Below, piece by piece: positions 39,166 through 49,558 of a stretch of 57,815 nucleotides of DNA (positions are counted from its first letter, which is position 1; every line of letters begins with the position of its first letter). The DNA is taken from the NCBI GenBank assembly GCA_046727495.1, contig JBKPCS010000077.1:1-57815 (forward strand), read 5' to 3'. Made by a program: the position numbers and the translations under genes. Below the pieces are notes generated by a model, which did not search any database, had not been told where the DNA came from, and worked only from the letters and a program-made list of their open reading frames with translations. The stretch comes from a bacterium (GTDB lineage Bacteria > Verrucomicrobiota > Verrucomicrobiia > Chthoniobacterales > JAFAMB01).

Positions 39166-40260
39166 ATGAGCACTATCTTGGATGTTTTGCCGAAGACCAT
39201 GCCGGCGGTTATGTGTCATGGTCCGAAAGATTATCGGATGGAAGAGAGACAGGTTCCCAAACCTGGACCGGGCGAGGTGCTTATTCGGGTAAGAAGCACC
39301 GGGATTTGCGCGAGTGACATTAAATGTTATACCGGCGCAGCCCATTTCTGGGGTGACGAACATCACAAAGGTTATTGCCAGGCTCCAATAACCCCTGGAC
39401 ACGAATTTGTTGGGGCAGTCGTGGGCCTGGGTGAGGGCGCGGCGGAGCGGTACGGATTGAAGATCGGTGATCATGCGATCAGCGAGCAGATTGTTCCTTG
39501 TTGGAAATGTAAGTACTGCAAGATGGGCGCATATTGGATGTGCTCCGTTCACGACATCTATGGATTTAGAAAACGGGCCTTCGGCGCGTGGGCGGAGTAC
39601 ATGGTTTTTCCGGCCGGGGCGCTTAACTACAAAGTACCCAAAACAATTCCGCTACATCACGCCGTTTTCATTGAACCACTGGCCTGTTCGCTTCATGCCG
39701 TTGAGCGAGCCAATATCCAATATCAGGATACGGTAGTGATTGCCGGATGCGGGCCGCTGGGCCTGGGCATGGTTGCTGGCGCGAGGGCGAAAAGTCCGGA
39801 ACGGATCATTGCGTTGGATCTAAGTGATCAACGGCTAGAAGTCGCAAAAAGAACCGGAGCCGACATCGGTATTAATCCGAAGAAGGAAGATGCGGTGCAA
39901 AGGGTACTGGATATGACAGAAGGATATGGGTGCGACGTTTATATTGAAGCCACTGGACACCCGAGCGCAGTGGAACAGGGTCTGATGATGATTCGCAAAC
40001 TGGGTACGTTCGTAGAATTCAGCGTTATGCGCGAGAAGGTGACAGTCGATTGGACCATCATTGGGAATTCCAAGGAACTGAACATCCATGGGTCACATCT
40101 CGGGCCGCGTTGCTATCCGGTCGCAATCCGTATGATCGAGGAGGGAGATCTTCCCATGGAGGAAATTGTCACACACCGTCTGCCCCTGAGCGGCTATCAA
40201 CAAGGGATTGATATGGTGCTCTCCGGTTTGACGTCGGTTAAGGTGACTTTGGAGCCCTAG
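39166..40260 (+). CDS. Zn-dependent polyol dehydrogenase (erythritol/L-threitol dehydrogenase-like)
   Basis: AGGAG RBS; GICASD, GHEF, C..C..C.......C, G.GPLG, VDWTIIG..KEL...GSHL. Confidence 0.85.
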   Translation: MSTILDVLPKTMPAVMCHGPKDYRMEERQVPKPGPGEVLIRVRSTGICASDIKCYTGAAHFWGDEHHKGYCQAPITPGHEFVGAVVGLGEGAAERYGLKIGDHAISEQIVPCWKCKYCKMGAYWMCSVHDIYGFRKRAFGAWAEYMVFPAGALNYKVPKTIPLHHAVFIEPLACSLHAVERANIQYQDTVVIAGCGPLGLGMVAGARAKSPERIIALDLSDQRLEVAKRTGADIGINPKKEDAVQRVLDMTEGYGCDVYIEATGHPSAVEQGLMMIRKLGTFVEFSVMREKVTVDWTIIGNSKELNIHGSHLGPRCYPVAIRMIEEGDLPMEEIVTHRLPLSGYQQGIDMVLSGLTSVKVTLEP

Positions 40261-40311
40261 CCCCTGGAACGCACTTTCAAGCCGGCCATTTTGGATCTAA
40301 GCTGTTAATCT

Positions 40312-41355
40312 ATGGAAGCGTTAGTACTGGAACGCAAAGGTGAGCTGTCGCTGCGCGATATCGACCTGCCGGTGAAAGTCGGACCCCATGACGTGAAGAT
40401 TGGCATTCACACCGTGGGCATCTGCGCCAGTGATGTCCACTATTACGAATATGGCGCCATCGGCCCATTTGTGGTCAAAGAGCCGATGGTGTTAGGTCAC
40501 GAAGCCGCCGGCACGGTGGTAGAAGTTGGTGCACAGGTAAAGCACCTGAAAGCGGGAGACCGTGTCTGCATGGAGCCGGGTATCCCGGACCCAAATAGCC
40601 GTGCGAGCCGCCTTGGCATTTACAACCTCGATCCGGCCGTAAGGTTCTGGGCGACCCCGCCCGTGCACGGAGTTTTGACTCCCTACGTGGTGCATCCGGC
40701 CGCCTACACCTTCAAGTTACCCCAGAACGTCAGTTTCGCAGAAGGAGCCATGGTCGAACCGCTGGCCGTTGGAATGCACGCGGCACTAAAGGCAAAGATC
40801 AAACCCGGAGATTTGGCCGTGGTCATGGGTGCTGGGCCGATCGGGATGGTGACCGCGCTGGCTGCCCTTGCGGGCGGGTGCAGTCAAGTGGTCCTAACGG
40901 ACGTTCAGCAGCCCAAATTGGACTTGGCGGCCGACCTCGGCCCGATCCGCCCGGTAAACGTTGCGAAGGAAAATTTGCGGCAGGTCGTCGATGGACTTAC
41001 CGAAGGCTGGGGCGCCGATTTGATTTTTGAAGCCAGCGGAGCGCCCGCCGCCATTCAGAAAGTGCATGAGCCTCTATGCCCGGGAGGCAGAATCGTATTG
41101 GTCGGGATGCCGGTCGGGCCTGTGCCACTGGACACTGTTTCACTGCAGGCCAAAGAAGCCTCGATCGAAACTGTGTTTCGTTACGCGCACGTTTACCCGC
41201 GCGCTCTGGCCCTCATGGGCTCGGGCAAAATCAACTTGAAACCGCTGATTAACCGAACATTTGAGTTCCGGGAGAGCGTCGACGCCTTCAATTTCGCGCT
41301 CAAAATGCCGGCCGACTGCGTGAAGGCGCAAATCCACGTTGGCGCAAAGGCTTGA
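40312..41355 (+). CDS. Zn-dependent polyol dehydrogenase (xylitol dehydrogenase / D-xylulose reductase-like)
   Basis: [40 protein letters not shown]; lacks the structural Zn Cys cluster. Confidence 0.88.
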   Translation: MEALVLERKGELSLRDIDLPVKVGPHDVKIGIHTVGICASDVHYYEYGAIGPFVVKEPMVLGHEAAGTVVEVGAQVKHLKAGDRVCMEPGIPDPNSRASRLGIYNLDPAVRFWATPPVHGVLTPYVVHPAAYTFKLPQNVSFAEGAMVEPLAVGMHAALKAKIKPGDLAVVMGAGPIGMVTALAALAGGCSQVVLTDVQQPKLDLAADLGPIRPVNVAKENLRQVVDGLTEGWGADLIFEASGAPAAIQKVHEPLCPGGRIVLVGMPVGPVPLDTVSLQAKEASIETVFRYAHVYPRALALMGSGKINLKPLINRTFEFRESVDAFNFALKMPADCVKAQIHVGAKA

Positions 41356-41511
41356 CAGCGCCGAGAACGCCGAACGCCAACCGATCATTCGTTGCCACGG
41401 AAGACCTATCTTGAGTCAAGTCTCTTCTTCTGTCGTTTGGAATGGCCAGCGTCTGGAATACTTCTCTGATCTGACGGCTATCCGTTGTCGGCGGTGTCGG
41501 CGCTGACGGCG

Positions 41512-42393
41512 TTACTTATTTGCGGGACCGAACTGTGTCACGGCTTGTCGAAGACGTTTGGCTAGTGATACCGGCTTCTTATCGCTCCGGATAATCAGTA
41601 CCGGACGATCTGCGCGGTTGATGATCTTCCGTGTTACATTCCCGATGACGTAGTCCCGCCACGGATCAGGGACTGGATAAGAGCCAGCGACGATAAGGTC
41701 GCAGTCCGATTCACTGGCTTCTTTCAGTATTTCATTGATCACAATCCCGTGCCGGATCCGGATGTCAGCCTCGGCGCCCGATTGCTCAATCACCGATTTT
41801 GCGTGCTTCAGGTTTTTGCTCAGAGCGCAATTCGAATTCAACAACGCGCGGATATCTTCCTCCAGGCTGACCAGCCTTGCGTGCATGGCGGGTGGCTCGG
41901 CCAGAATGTTGAGAATGGTCACGCTTGCCCCGCACGCCCGAGCTAGCGGCCCGGTGAACTTGACCGCATTGTCTATATAGGTACCTCCACCGCTACAGAG
42001 GAGAATACGTTTTATTTCCGGACGAAATTCCGGCACCATCAGCAGTGGGGGAGAGATTGCCTCGCTGATCGAATAAATCTTGGCCGAGCGCAGGTAAAAC
42101 CCGTGTCCCGCCCTTCGTTCTACGCCAGTGACAACGATGTCGTATTGATCCTGTTTTGTCTGGCTTACGATTTCGGCCAACGGTTCGCCATACTTCATGA
42201 TCAGCTCGGTGCTGATATCTTTTTGTTCAAGCGAGCGCTGCCCTTGTTGCAGAGGCTTCGGGACTGCTTCGGTCTGTTCTTCTGCCAGACCAAGAATTGT
42301 TATTCCGGCACCGGTGGCCTTGGCGAGAATCCCGGCAAAGTCGAGCTCCTTCCACGCCCGAATTGAGCCGTCGCTGCAAACTAAGATCTTCAT
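41512..42393 (-). CDS. Universal stress protein (tandem USP domains)
   Basis: MKILVCSDGS, G.P..EI, DLIVAGS, GNVT.KI....RPVLII. Confidence 0.9.
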   Translation of the reverse strand: MKILVCSDGSIRAWKELDFAGILAKATGAGITILGLAEEQTEAVPKPLQQGQRSLEQKDISTELIMKYGEPLAEIVSQTKQDQYDIVVTGVERRAGHGFYLRSAKIYSISEAISPPLLMVPEFRPEIKRILLCSGGGTYIDNAVKFTGPLARACGASVTILNILAEPPAMHARLVSLEEDIRALLNSNCALSKNLKHAKSVIEQSGAEADIRIRHGIVINEILKEASESDCDLIVAGSYPVPDPWRDYVIGNVTRKIINRADRPVLIIRSDKKPVSLAKRLRQAVTQFGPANK

Positions 42394-42532
42394 AGATCAC
42401 CACATTTGGCACCGCAGATTCCGCAGGCGCGCAGGCTCTGATCGAGTCTTCGTTGAATCTGAGTCCAAGGAAAACCCTCTGAGAATCTGCCGAATCTGCG
42501 AAATCTGTGGTTTCAACTCTTCGATTTGGGCC

Positions 42533-43453
42533 CTAATGATGATTGCCTGTGATCAGCTTGTAAGCAATTGCGATCGCGCCCAACATCGGCAACGGCGCGA
42601 AAGCCAGCCGAATCCTCGGTCCGGAGAAATATTGGGTCATGTTAGCGCCGATTTGGGCGCCAACCGCAGCTCCAGTCTGCATCATCAAGGCGACAAGGAT
42701 ATCGACATTGCCCTGCATGGCGTGCCGGACGGTGCCATATCCAGCAGAGATGATGATTTCGAACAGATCGGTGCCGACGGCGATATGCGTTGGAATGCCG
42801 AGGAGATATACCATGGACGGCATTCGGATGTAGCCTGCGCCTCCGCCCAAAAATCCACTGAAGATTCCCCCTATGAACGAGACAATAAGAATCGCCCAAA
42901 TAGATATCGATTCGACTCCTGAGTGTGGAAGGCCCATGCATGGGGGGATTCTGAGGCTGTGAGTAAACTTTGCAATGGAGTCGAAAACCGTCGCATCCTG
43001 TTTTGGTCCCGGTTTTCCAACGTCGCTCTTTGAATCTTTCCACGCTCTTAACGTGAGCCAGCTTTCAAAAGCACTGAAAAGCGCGATAGAACTAAAAACG
43101 ACGATCGAAACAACGCCCACCACAAGGTCGACGTGCGCGGTCTTTTTCAAGAACTCGATCGCCTGAACTCCGGTTTCGGAGCCGACAATCGTTCCAACAA
43201 CCATCACCGCGGCCAATCGGAGGTCGATATTACCGAGAGCTCGATGCGTTCGTGCGGCGACGATCGATTTGCCAACAATGTGTGCAAGGTCGGTGCCGAC
43301 CACGAAATGCATCGGCATCCCCGTTACAAAGAGCGCGGGGCCAGTGAGAAAACTACCGCCGACACCGAAAAAGCCTCCGAGGCAGCCGATTATGAAGCCG
43401 ACACAGATCAGGTAGACTGGGTCAAGGTGAAGACCTGAAATCGGAAAGAACAT
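42533..43453 (-). CDS. Sulfite exporter TauE/SafE family protein
   Basis: GGFFGVGG, VGTDL, SGFLGGGAG...P, AVGTDLF, GAQIGA repeat motifs. Confidence 0.9.
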   Translation of the reverse strand: MFFPISGLHLDPVYLICVGFIIGCLGGFFGVGGSFLTGPALFVTGMPMHFVVGTDLAHIVGKSIVAARTHRALGNIDLRLAAVMVVGTIVGSETGVQAIEFLKKTAHVDLVVGVVSIVVFSSIALFSAFESWLTLRAWKDSKSDVGKPGPKQDATVFDSIAKFTHSLRIPPCMGLPHSGVESISIWAILIVSFIGGIFSGFLGGGAGYIRMPSMVYLLGIPTHIAVGTDLFEIIISAGYGTVRHAMQGNVDILVALMMQTGAAVGAQIGANMTQYFSGPRIRLAFAPLPMLGAIAIAYKLITGNHH

Positions 43454-43479
43454 TCGGGCGCGAGTGCTGGTTTATAGGG

Positions 43480-43722
43480 CTAGCGTTTCCGCAGGCGGAG
43501 GAAGGTAGCGAGGATATTTGTGACAAACTCGAGCCCGACGGCTTGTGCGATCATCAGCAGAATGGCGACGACGGCGTAAAGATCTCGACGGTAGAGAAAG
43601 AGGCCTTTCAGCCAATCTCCGAGAAAACGGAGGACGAGAAAAAAATAGACCGCGATCAGGGCGGCGTAGATCAACAGCTCTACCGCAAATCCGATAAGCG
43701 TACGTTTTGAGGGCGCTGACAT
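43480..43722 (-). CDS. Small two-TM membrane protein co-transcribed with tauE-usp
   Basis: 80 aa with two hydrophobic helices; GGAG-free short leader; 26 nt upstream of tauE. Confidence 0.75.
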   Translation of the reverse strand: MSAPSKRTLIGFAVELLIYAALIAVYFFLVLRFLGDWLKGLFLYRRDLYAVVAILLMIAQAVGLEFVTNILATFLRLRKR

Positions 43723-43916
43723 GGAGATGAGTGTGAGTGTGGGTGTGAGTGCGAGTTTCGCTTGATCCTATGTCATTTTTACACTCAGACTCATTGAGCC
43801 TACCAGACTGCTAGTGTTTCGGCGAGTCCTAAGGACGAGTTGATCGGCGCCGCCCTCTCGATCTGGAAGGCCGACGCTGTTTCCTGTATTCTGCCCGACA
43901 CTCACACTCGCACTCG

Positions 43917-45335
43917 ATGAAATGGAGCCTGCTCTACCTCATTTCTGAATGGGTGATTAGGCTGGGAATGCTGGTTTACGTACCGCAACGGCGACCGCCG
44001 GCAGCGGCGCGTACCTGGCTCCTGTTTATCTTTCTCCTCCCTTGGCCGGGTTTGCTGCTGTACATTCTCTTTGGGCGAATTTATTTACCTGCGCGCCGCA
44101 AAGCGCTCCAGGAACGCGCTTCCAGATTTATTCGGCAAGCGCAGGCTCAGATCGGCTCGCGGATTACGTCGGAGCCACGGTTGCCTGCTAACCTTGCGCC
44201 GATTCCTGAAATTGCCAGGCGCTTGGGCGACTTTGCCCCCTTTGGCGGGAACGCTATTGAAGTCTTAACTGATTATGCGGGGGCGATCGATCGATTGATT
44301 GCCGATATCGACTCAGCTCAACACCACGTTCATCTGCTCTTCTATATCTATGAACCCGATCAAACCGGGGAACGCGTCACCCAAGCGCTCATTGGCGTTG
44401 CGGCCCGTGGGGTTCAATGCCGGGTCTTGTTGGACGCGTTTGGCGCGAAACGCGGCTTGCGCCGACTTGGGCCGGCCATGCGCGCAGCCGGAATCGAAAC
44501 AGTCGCAGTTCTGCCCGTCGGATTGTTTCGGCGAAAAGCGGCGCGATTTGATCTTCGAAACCATCGTAAAATCGTTGTTATCGACGGTCACATCGGGTAC
44601 GTCGGCTCGCAAAACATCGTAAACCCGGGATTTGTGAGAGATCACCCCAATGAAGAGTTGGTGGTTCGATTAACTGGGCCGGCAGTTGCCCAGTTGCAAG
44701 CCGTGCTCCTGGCGGATCGCTACTTTGAGACGGAGGACGTGCTGGAATCACCACATCTGTTTCCGAAACCTGTACCGGTTGGGAACTCAGAGGTACAGCT
44801 TGTGCCGAGCGGGCCAGGCTACGGACGCGAGAACGGCCGTGATCTCATTATTTCGCTGCTATACGGAGCCCGGGAAAGAATCACGATAACTACTCCCTAC
44901 TTTGTCCCCGACGAACCTTTCTTGCAGGCGATCCGCGCTGCCCGCCTGAACCGAGGGGTAGCAGTTCATTTGATCCTTTCATTACACGCGAACCAATTGA
45001 TTACACAACAAGCTCAACGCTCTTACTTTGATGACCTGTTGGATGCGGGGGTGAAGATCCATTTATACAAACCGCGGTTCTTACATGCGAAATACCTTAC
45101 GATCGATCGAGACTTGGCGATGGTTGGGTCGACCAATATGGATATTCGTTCCTTTGCCCTGAATGCGGAGATCAGTTTGCTGATTTATGACAGGGAAGTG
45201 ATTGAAAAAATCTGCGCGCTTCAGGAGGAGTGTATCGAGCGCTCGGTCCCGGTTCTGCCGGAGGAATGGGAGCGACGATCGCTTATTGCCAGGGTGATAC
45301 AGAACACCGCGCGGTTAATGGATTCGTTCCTGTAG
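43917..45335 (+). CDS. cls: Cardiolipin synthase
   Basis: Two N-terminal TMs; two HKD motifs RNHRKIVVIDG and LHAKYLTID; TPYFVPD, GSTNMDIRSF.LN.E. Confidence 0.95.
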   Translation: MKWSLLYLISEWVIRLGMLVYVPQRRPPAAARTWLLFIFLLPWPGLLLYILFGRIYLPARRKALQERASRFIRQAQAQIGSRITSEPRLPANLAPIPEIARRLGDFAPFGGNAIEVLTDYAGAIDRLIADIDSAQHHVHLLFYIYEPDQTGERVTQALIGVAARGVQCRVLLDAFGAKRGLRRLGPAMRAAGIETVAVLPVGLFRRKAARFDLRNHRKIVVIDGHIGYVGSQNIVNPGFVRDHPNEELVVRLTGPAVAQLQAVLLADRYFETEDVLESPHLFPKPVPVGNSEVQLVPSGPGYGRENGRDLIISLLYGARERITITTPYFVPDEPFLQAIRAARLNRGVAVHLILSLHANQLITQQAQRSYFDDLLDAGVKIHLYKPRFLHAKYLTIDRDLAMVGSTNMDIRSFALNAEISLLIYDREVIEKICALQEECIERSVPVLPEEWERRSLIARVIQNTARLMDSFL

Positions 45336-45408
45336 GGCGGCAGAGGCCTGCCGCCAGGGGCTGCGGCGTCCCTGGGCAAGGGCGACAGGGTCTGCCGCCC
45401 TACAGCGC
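45330..45408. repeat. GTAG-type REP doublet supplying the cls stop codon
   Basis: CTGTAGGGCGGCAGAGGCCTGCCGCC ... GGCGACAGGGTCTGCCGCCCTACAG; the TAG of GTAG is the cls stop (45333-45335). Confidence 0.8.
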
Positions 45409-45473
45409 TGCCGTTGTGGCAATACCCTCGGGTTGGACCATCGCCGACGATCGGTCGGCTTCAGCCCCTCCTC

Positions 45474-46088
45474 CAAATTTGGCCAGACACTAAAGTACCG
45501 ATTGCCGAGACTGCCGAAACGCTGGCTGAGTTGCAACGAGAAGGCAAGATCTTGCAAATCGGTGTAAGCAACTTTTCGCCTGAGCAGATGGCCGTCTGGC
45601 AAAAGAACGCTCCACTGCACAGCGTCCAGCCTCCGTATAATATCTTCGAGCGCGAGATCGAAAAGGTCGTCTTACCCTATGCTCAAAACCATGGACTCAT
45701 GGTCCTGGCCTACGGCTCGCTCTGTCGGGGGTTACTTTCCGGCAAGATGACGGCCAGTCGCGAATTCCAGGGCGACGATCTGCGCCGAATCGATCCAAAG
45801 TTTCAGGAACCTCGGTTGTCGCAATATTTGGCCGCCGTCGACAAACTCGCACAGCTTGCCAGGGAACGGCATGGAAAAAGCATTTTAGCGTTCGCAGTTC
45901 GATGGGTACTCGACCGAGGAGATCGGATAGCTGCTCTTTGGGGCGCCCGGTCACCGGCGCAGTTGGATCCGTGCCAAGAGGCTTTTGGCTGGAGACTTTC
46001 CGACGACGATTACGCTGCCGTCGATCAGATTCTGGCTGAGACAATCAAAGATCCAGCCGGCCCGGAATTCATGGCGCCACCTGAGTAA
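45474..46088 (+). pseudogene. 5'-truncated aldo/keto reductase
   Basis: Begins at QIWPD (normally Q.HWPD) then EGKILQIGVSNFS, QPPYNIFER, GLLSGK, GARSPAQL; the N-terminal catalytic D/Y/K region is missing and REP DNA lies upstream. Confidence 0.8.
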
Positions 46089-46100
46089 CGGAAGCAGGAT

Positions 46101-46268
46101 ATGGCTTTCGAACCGCAAAATGATCTTGAACGCGTTTTGGTCCGCCCAGCGACTTGTGGAGAACTCGAGCGTCCGTCGCATAGCGAGACAGTTTGCAGGG
46201 CACCCAGGCCAATCGAGGACGAGGACGAGGAGGAGGGACGAGTCCCATCCGTCCTATTGGTCCCATAA
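46101..46268 (+). pseudogene. Possible 5' remnant of an SseB-like gene running into repeats
   Basis: AGGA RBS plus MAFEPQNDLERVLVR, then the frame runs into (GAGGAC)n and (GTCCCATAA)n repeats. Confidence 0.35.
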
Positions 46269-46350
46269 GTCCTATCGGTCCTATTCGCCCTATCCGTCTT
46301 ATAAGGATGCTTGAGTCCGTCAGCGCTTGAGTGCTACCCTCTCCGCCTGA

Positions 46351-47292
46351 ATGTTTGGTCCGTTCGACAAGGCGGAAGAATCAGAAGTTTCTTCCTGGGC
46401 TGGAAAAGTAGCTGCGCGTCTCTGGATGTTGCAGACAAGCTTTGCTGATGATTCTCCAGAAACTCGTCACGAATATCTTGTTGAGGAAATTGAACGTTCG
46501 CTGAAGGAAGTCGCTGAAAGTCGCCGTGAAGAATATCTGGCCGCTTTGATGGACAGGTTCCCTGGACCGGAACGATTTGAATTTGCCTCTGCGGCTGTTC
46601 CAACGGCACAGGTCGAGGCGCCGAAAAAAAGTCCGTTACAGCTTGCGCAGGAGCTGATCGCCCAAATTCCGCAGTTGCCAAGTGAGACTCGTGTCGCAAT
46701 CGCGCAAAGACTCCAAGCTGCCGGTTTGCTTATACCGCAGAGCAAAGGCATCGAGTTACCGGCTGAATTGATTGGTAAAATTGGCCTGACACCGGAGGAA
46801 CCGATCGATGAGGAACGGCTCGCCAAAGTTTTCGCGGCACTGTTTGAGACGGTCGTAATGATCGACCATCTGATCTGGAGCGTTTGGAAAAATGTCGCTC
46901 CGAAATCAGCGCTTCGCCGAGACACTGACACAGCCAATCTGCGGAGGATTGTCGGCCGCTGTCTCGCCGGTGATCGCGAGGTTGCGACCCTCCAAGTGAC
47001 ACAAATCCTCGAAAAGACACGCCAGCTGACGGCGGGTCTGCTCTCCGCGATTGGTCCCGCGGGAGAGACCTACGCTCGACAACATTTGGAGAAGTTTTCG
47101 CCCGAAAGAATCCGCACGTCGGTCGAATCGAAATCAGGCGGATTCCTGGGGAACATCGAGCAAAAATGCTGGAGACGTTATCTGGAGCTGGCCGGCGATC
47201 TCAGCGGGCCAGTAGTCGAAAAGCAGATGGTGGACGCCATCGTTTCTTACACTGAAGCATTATTTTTTCGGCCGGAAACACGTGGACATTGA
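46351..47292 (+). CDS. T6SS-associated protein resembling the TagH/Fha C-terminal domain, without FHA domain
   Basis: First gene of the tss cluster; C-terminal GLLSAI...LEKFSPERIR...GGFLG....KCWRRYLEL...Y pattern; all-helical, no signal peptide. Confidence 0.6.
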   Translation: MFGPFDKAEESEVSSWAGKVAARLWMLQTSFADDSPETRHEYLVEEIERSLKEVAESRREEYLAALMDRFPGPERFEFASAAVPTAQVEAPKKSPLQLAQELIAQIPQLPSETRVAIAQRLQAAGLLIPQSKGIELPAELIGKIGLTPEEPIDEERLAKVFAALFETVVMIDHLIWSVWKNVAPKSALRRDTDTANLRRIVGRCLAGDREVATLQVTQILEKTRQLTAGLLSAIGPAGETYARQHLEKFSPERIRTSVESKSGGFLGNIEQKCWRRYLELAGDLSGPVVEKQMVDAIVSYTEALFFRPETRGH

Positions 47293-47332
47293 AATGGACA
47301 CTGACGGTCCGAGATATAGAAGTTGATGGCTT

Positions 47333-48694
47333 ATGCAAGTTCACTGGCACGAAGGTTTATTCCTCCTTCCTCATCATCTGCAGCGATTGCAACAAGGCGC
47401 AAATGAAAGCTTGATCGCAGAACGCGACCGCACCTGGGCTTACAGCTATGGTGTGATCGACGCCCGGCTTTCGCAAGATGATCTCGAGAACATGAGGTTA
47501 CGGTTCGATCGTCTTCATGCGATTTTGCCTAACGGCCAGGAGGTCAGATTCCCTCAGGACGCAGAGCTGCCGGCGATCGACATTAAACAGGCGTTCGAAT
47601 CGCGTGGAAGCTTCAAGGTTTACTTGGCAGTTCCGCTTTGGTTCAGCGCTCGGGCGAATAGTGTAAATCCTGGCGAGACGGTGGATGCTCGCGCCAAGAT
47701 TCTGTATCGGGTCGTGGAGACAGAAGTCGCCGACGAAAATACAGGCGAAAATGTGAAGCCGGTTCTACAGCGGCGGATCAGCGCCCGGCTACTGTTGGAG
47801 GGCGAGGACGCCAGCGATCTTGACACGATGCCTCTCTTGCGGGTTACCCGCGCGGCGGGAGAAGAAGCCGGTTTGCCGAGGCGGGACCCGGAGTTTGTAG
47901 GCCCTTGCCTGATCGTCAATGGATCGGCCGCTTTGCGCGAGCTGATTCGCGACTTGACCAACCAGGTCCTCGGTAGCCGCTCCGAGTTGGTGATCCAGGT
48001 TAATCGAGGCGGATTCAGCATCGATACGATGCGCGGTATCCAGTTTGAACAGGTTATGCGGCTCAGAACTCTCAACCGATACGGAGCAAGGCTTGAGTCT
48101 TTGATTGAAACCAACAATTTGGCTCCTTTTACCGTCTATTTGGAGCTGCGTGAACTACTGGGCGAGTTGGCAGCGCTTCATCCCGACCGCGATATGTTCG
48201 AATGCCTGCCGTATGATCATGACAACCCGTATCCTTGTTTCGCCGAACTCGCTGGGAAGCTGCGTCAGACGTTGAAGGGCGCTGTCGCGCCAAGCTTCCT
48301 GAAAGCCCCGTTTGTTTTCGCCGACGACAGTTATCGTACGACTTTGACGGACGAGCACTTCCTTCGTCCGAGCGATTATTTCCTGGGCATCAAGACCAAA
48401 GACGATCCGCGCTCTTTGGCTGCATATGTTGAAGACGCGGACAAATTCAAGCTGATGCCTCCGAGCCTCGCCGGGCGTGCGATCCGGGGCGTTTTGGTCA
48501 AAGAAGAGCGGTTTCCACCGTTAGAGCTGCCGGCCGAATCTAACCTATATTATTTTCGGTTGCTGCGTGGAGACAGTGCCCGGACCTGGCAACAGATTCA
48601 GAACGAAAAGGGCGCAGTGATTCGATATACAGGTCGGGAGAGACCTGACTACGAGATTACTTTGTACATGACGTTGCCGAGGGGAGAGTCATGA
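47333..48694 (+). CDS. tssK: T6SS baseplate subunit TssK
   Basis: VHWHEGLFLLPHHLQ, YG, P...YLEL..L.GEL, YDHDN...CF..L. Confidence 0.93.
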   Translation: MQVHWHEGLFLLPHHLQRLQQGANESLIAERDRTWAYSYGVIDARLSQDDLENMRLRFDRLHAILPNGQEVRFPQDAELPAIDIKQAFESRGSFKVYLAVPLWFSARANSVNPGETVDARAKILYRVVETEVADENTGENVKPVLQRRISARLLLEGEDASDLDTMPLLRVTRAAGEEAGLPRRDPEFVGPCLIVNGSAALRELIRDLTNQVLGSRSELVIQVNRGGFSIDTMRGIQFEQVMRLRTLNRYGARLESLIETNNLAPFTVYLELRELLGELAALHPDRDMFECLPYDHDNPYPCFAELAGKLRQTLKGAVAPSFLKAPFVFADDSYRTTLTDEHFLRPSDYFLGIKTKDDPRSLAAYVEDADKFKLMPPSLAGRAIRGVLVKEERFPPLELPAESNLYYFRLLRGDSARTWQQIQNEKGAVIRYTGRERPDYEITLYMTLPRGES

Positions 48695-49383
48695 CGCTTC
48701 TTGAGCTTTGCGATCCGTTGTTTAAGAAAATCTGTCTCCTGAATCGTTTGGGACGGAAAGGCGCTGGCCCGAACAGTTACGAACAACTCAAGCTGGAGAT
48801 TCAGGATCTATTCAAGAAGATTGGACAGACCGCCGACAAAGAACCGCTGTTGCGCGCTCAGTGGCGGAAACTCGAGCTCCCGTTAATCTTCTTTGCCGAT
48901 TCGATGATCGCCGAGAGCCGGATTCCGGTCGCCGAGCAATGGCACAAGAACCGGTTGGCGTACGATCAAAAAGAGCTGGCTGGAGACGAGAAGTTTTTCG
49001 ATCTGCTCGATGAGACGCTCAATGACCCGAGCGATGAAGCAACTGAACGGCTTCAAGTTTTTTACACCTGTATCGGGCTTGGCTTTATGGGCTGGTACGC
49101 GACACAGCCCGAGTATCTGCGTGGCAAGATGATTGACATCAGCCATCGGATTCAGAACGCGATGGAAACGGATCGGAAGGCGCGTCTGTGCCCTGAAGCT
49201 TATCAGTACCTGGATATGAGGGACCTGGTGCAGCCTCCTGGTTCGAAGGTAGGCGCAATAGCAGTTATCTTTGCCGGACTCTGCTTAATCGTGTTTGCGG
49301 TTGAGATTTACCTTTTTCGAGCAGCATCCATTTCACTCACAGACTCTTTGAGCGCGATTTCTCAGCAGGAGGTAGGGAAATGA
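48691..49383 (+). CDS. tssL: T6SS membrane subunit TssL (DotU family), no OmpA domain
   Basis: FAD.MI....W....[24 protein letters not shown]-terminal TM; ATGA overlap with tssK. Confidence 0.92.
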   Translation: MTLLELCDPLFKKICLLNRLGRKGAGPNSYEQLKLEIQDLFKKIGQTADKEPLLRAQWRKLELPLIFFADSMIAESRIPVAEQWHKNRLAYDQKELAGDEKFFDLLDETLNDPSDEATERLQVFYTCIGLGFMGWYATQPEYLRGKMIDISHRIQNAMETDRKARLCPEAYQYLDMRDLVQPPGSKVGAIAVIFAGLCLIVFAVEIYLFRAASISLTDSLSAISQQEVGK

Positions 49384-49388
49384 GAAAG

Positions 49389-49549
49389 GTTCCGGGTTCC
49401 GAGTTCCGAGTTTCGGGTTCCGAGCTTTCTCCTGTCCGGACGTATTTTTCGTTCCTGGCGATCGGCGGTTTTCTCGTCCAGCCAACGCAGGCGTGTCGCA
49501 ACGGGTCATTGCGCGGAACTCGGAACTCGGAACCCGGAAGCCGGAACCG
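49389..49549. repeat. Heptamer (GTTCCGA)n inverted-arm element inside the T6SS operon
   Basis: GTTCCGG GTTCCGA GTTCCGA GTTTCGG GTTCCGA ... CGGAACT CGGAACT CGGAACC CGGAAGC CGGAACC; related runs at 26790, 31031, 39031 and 53405. Confidence 0.8.
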
Positions 49550-49558
49550 AGCATCGGT

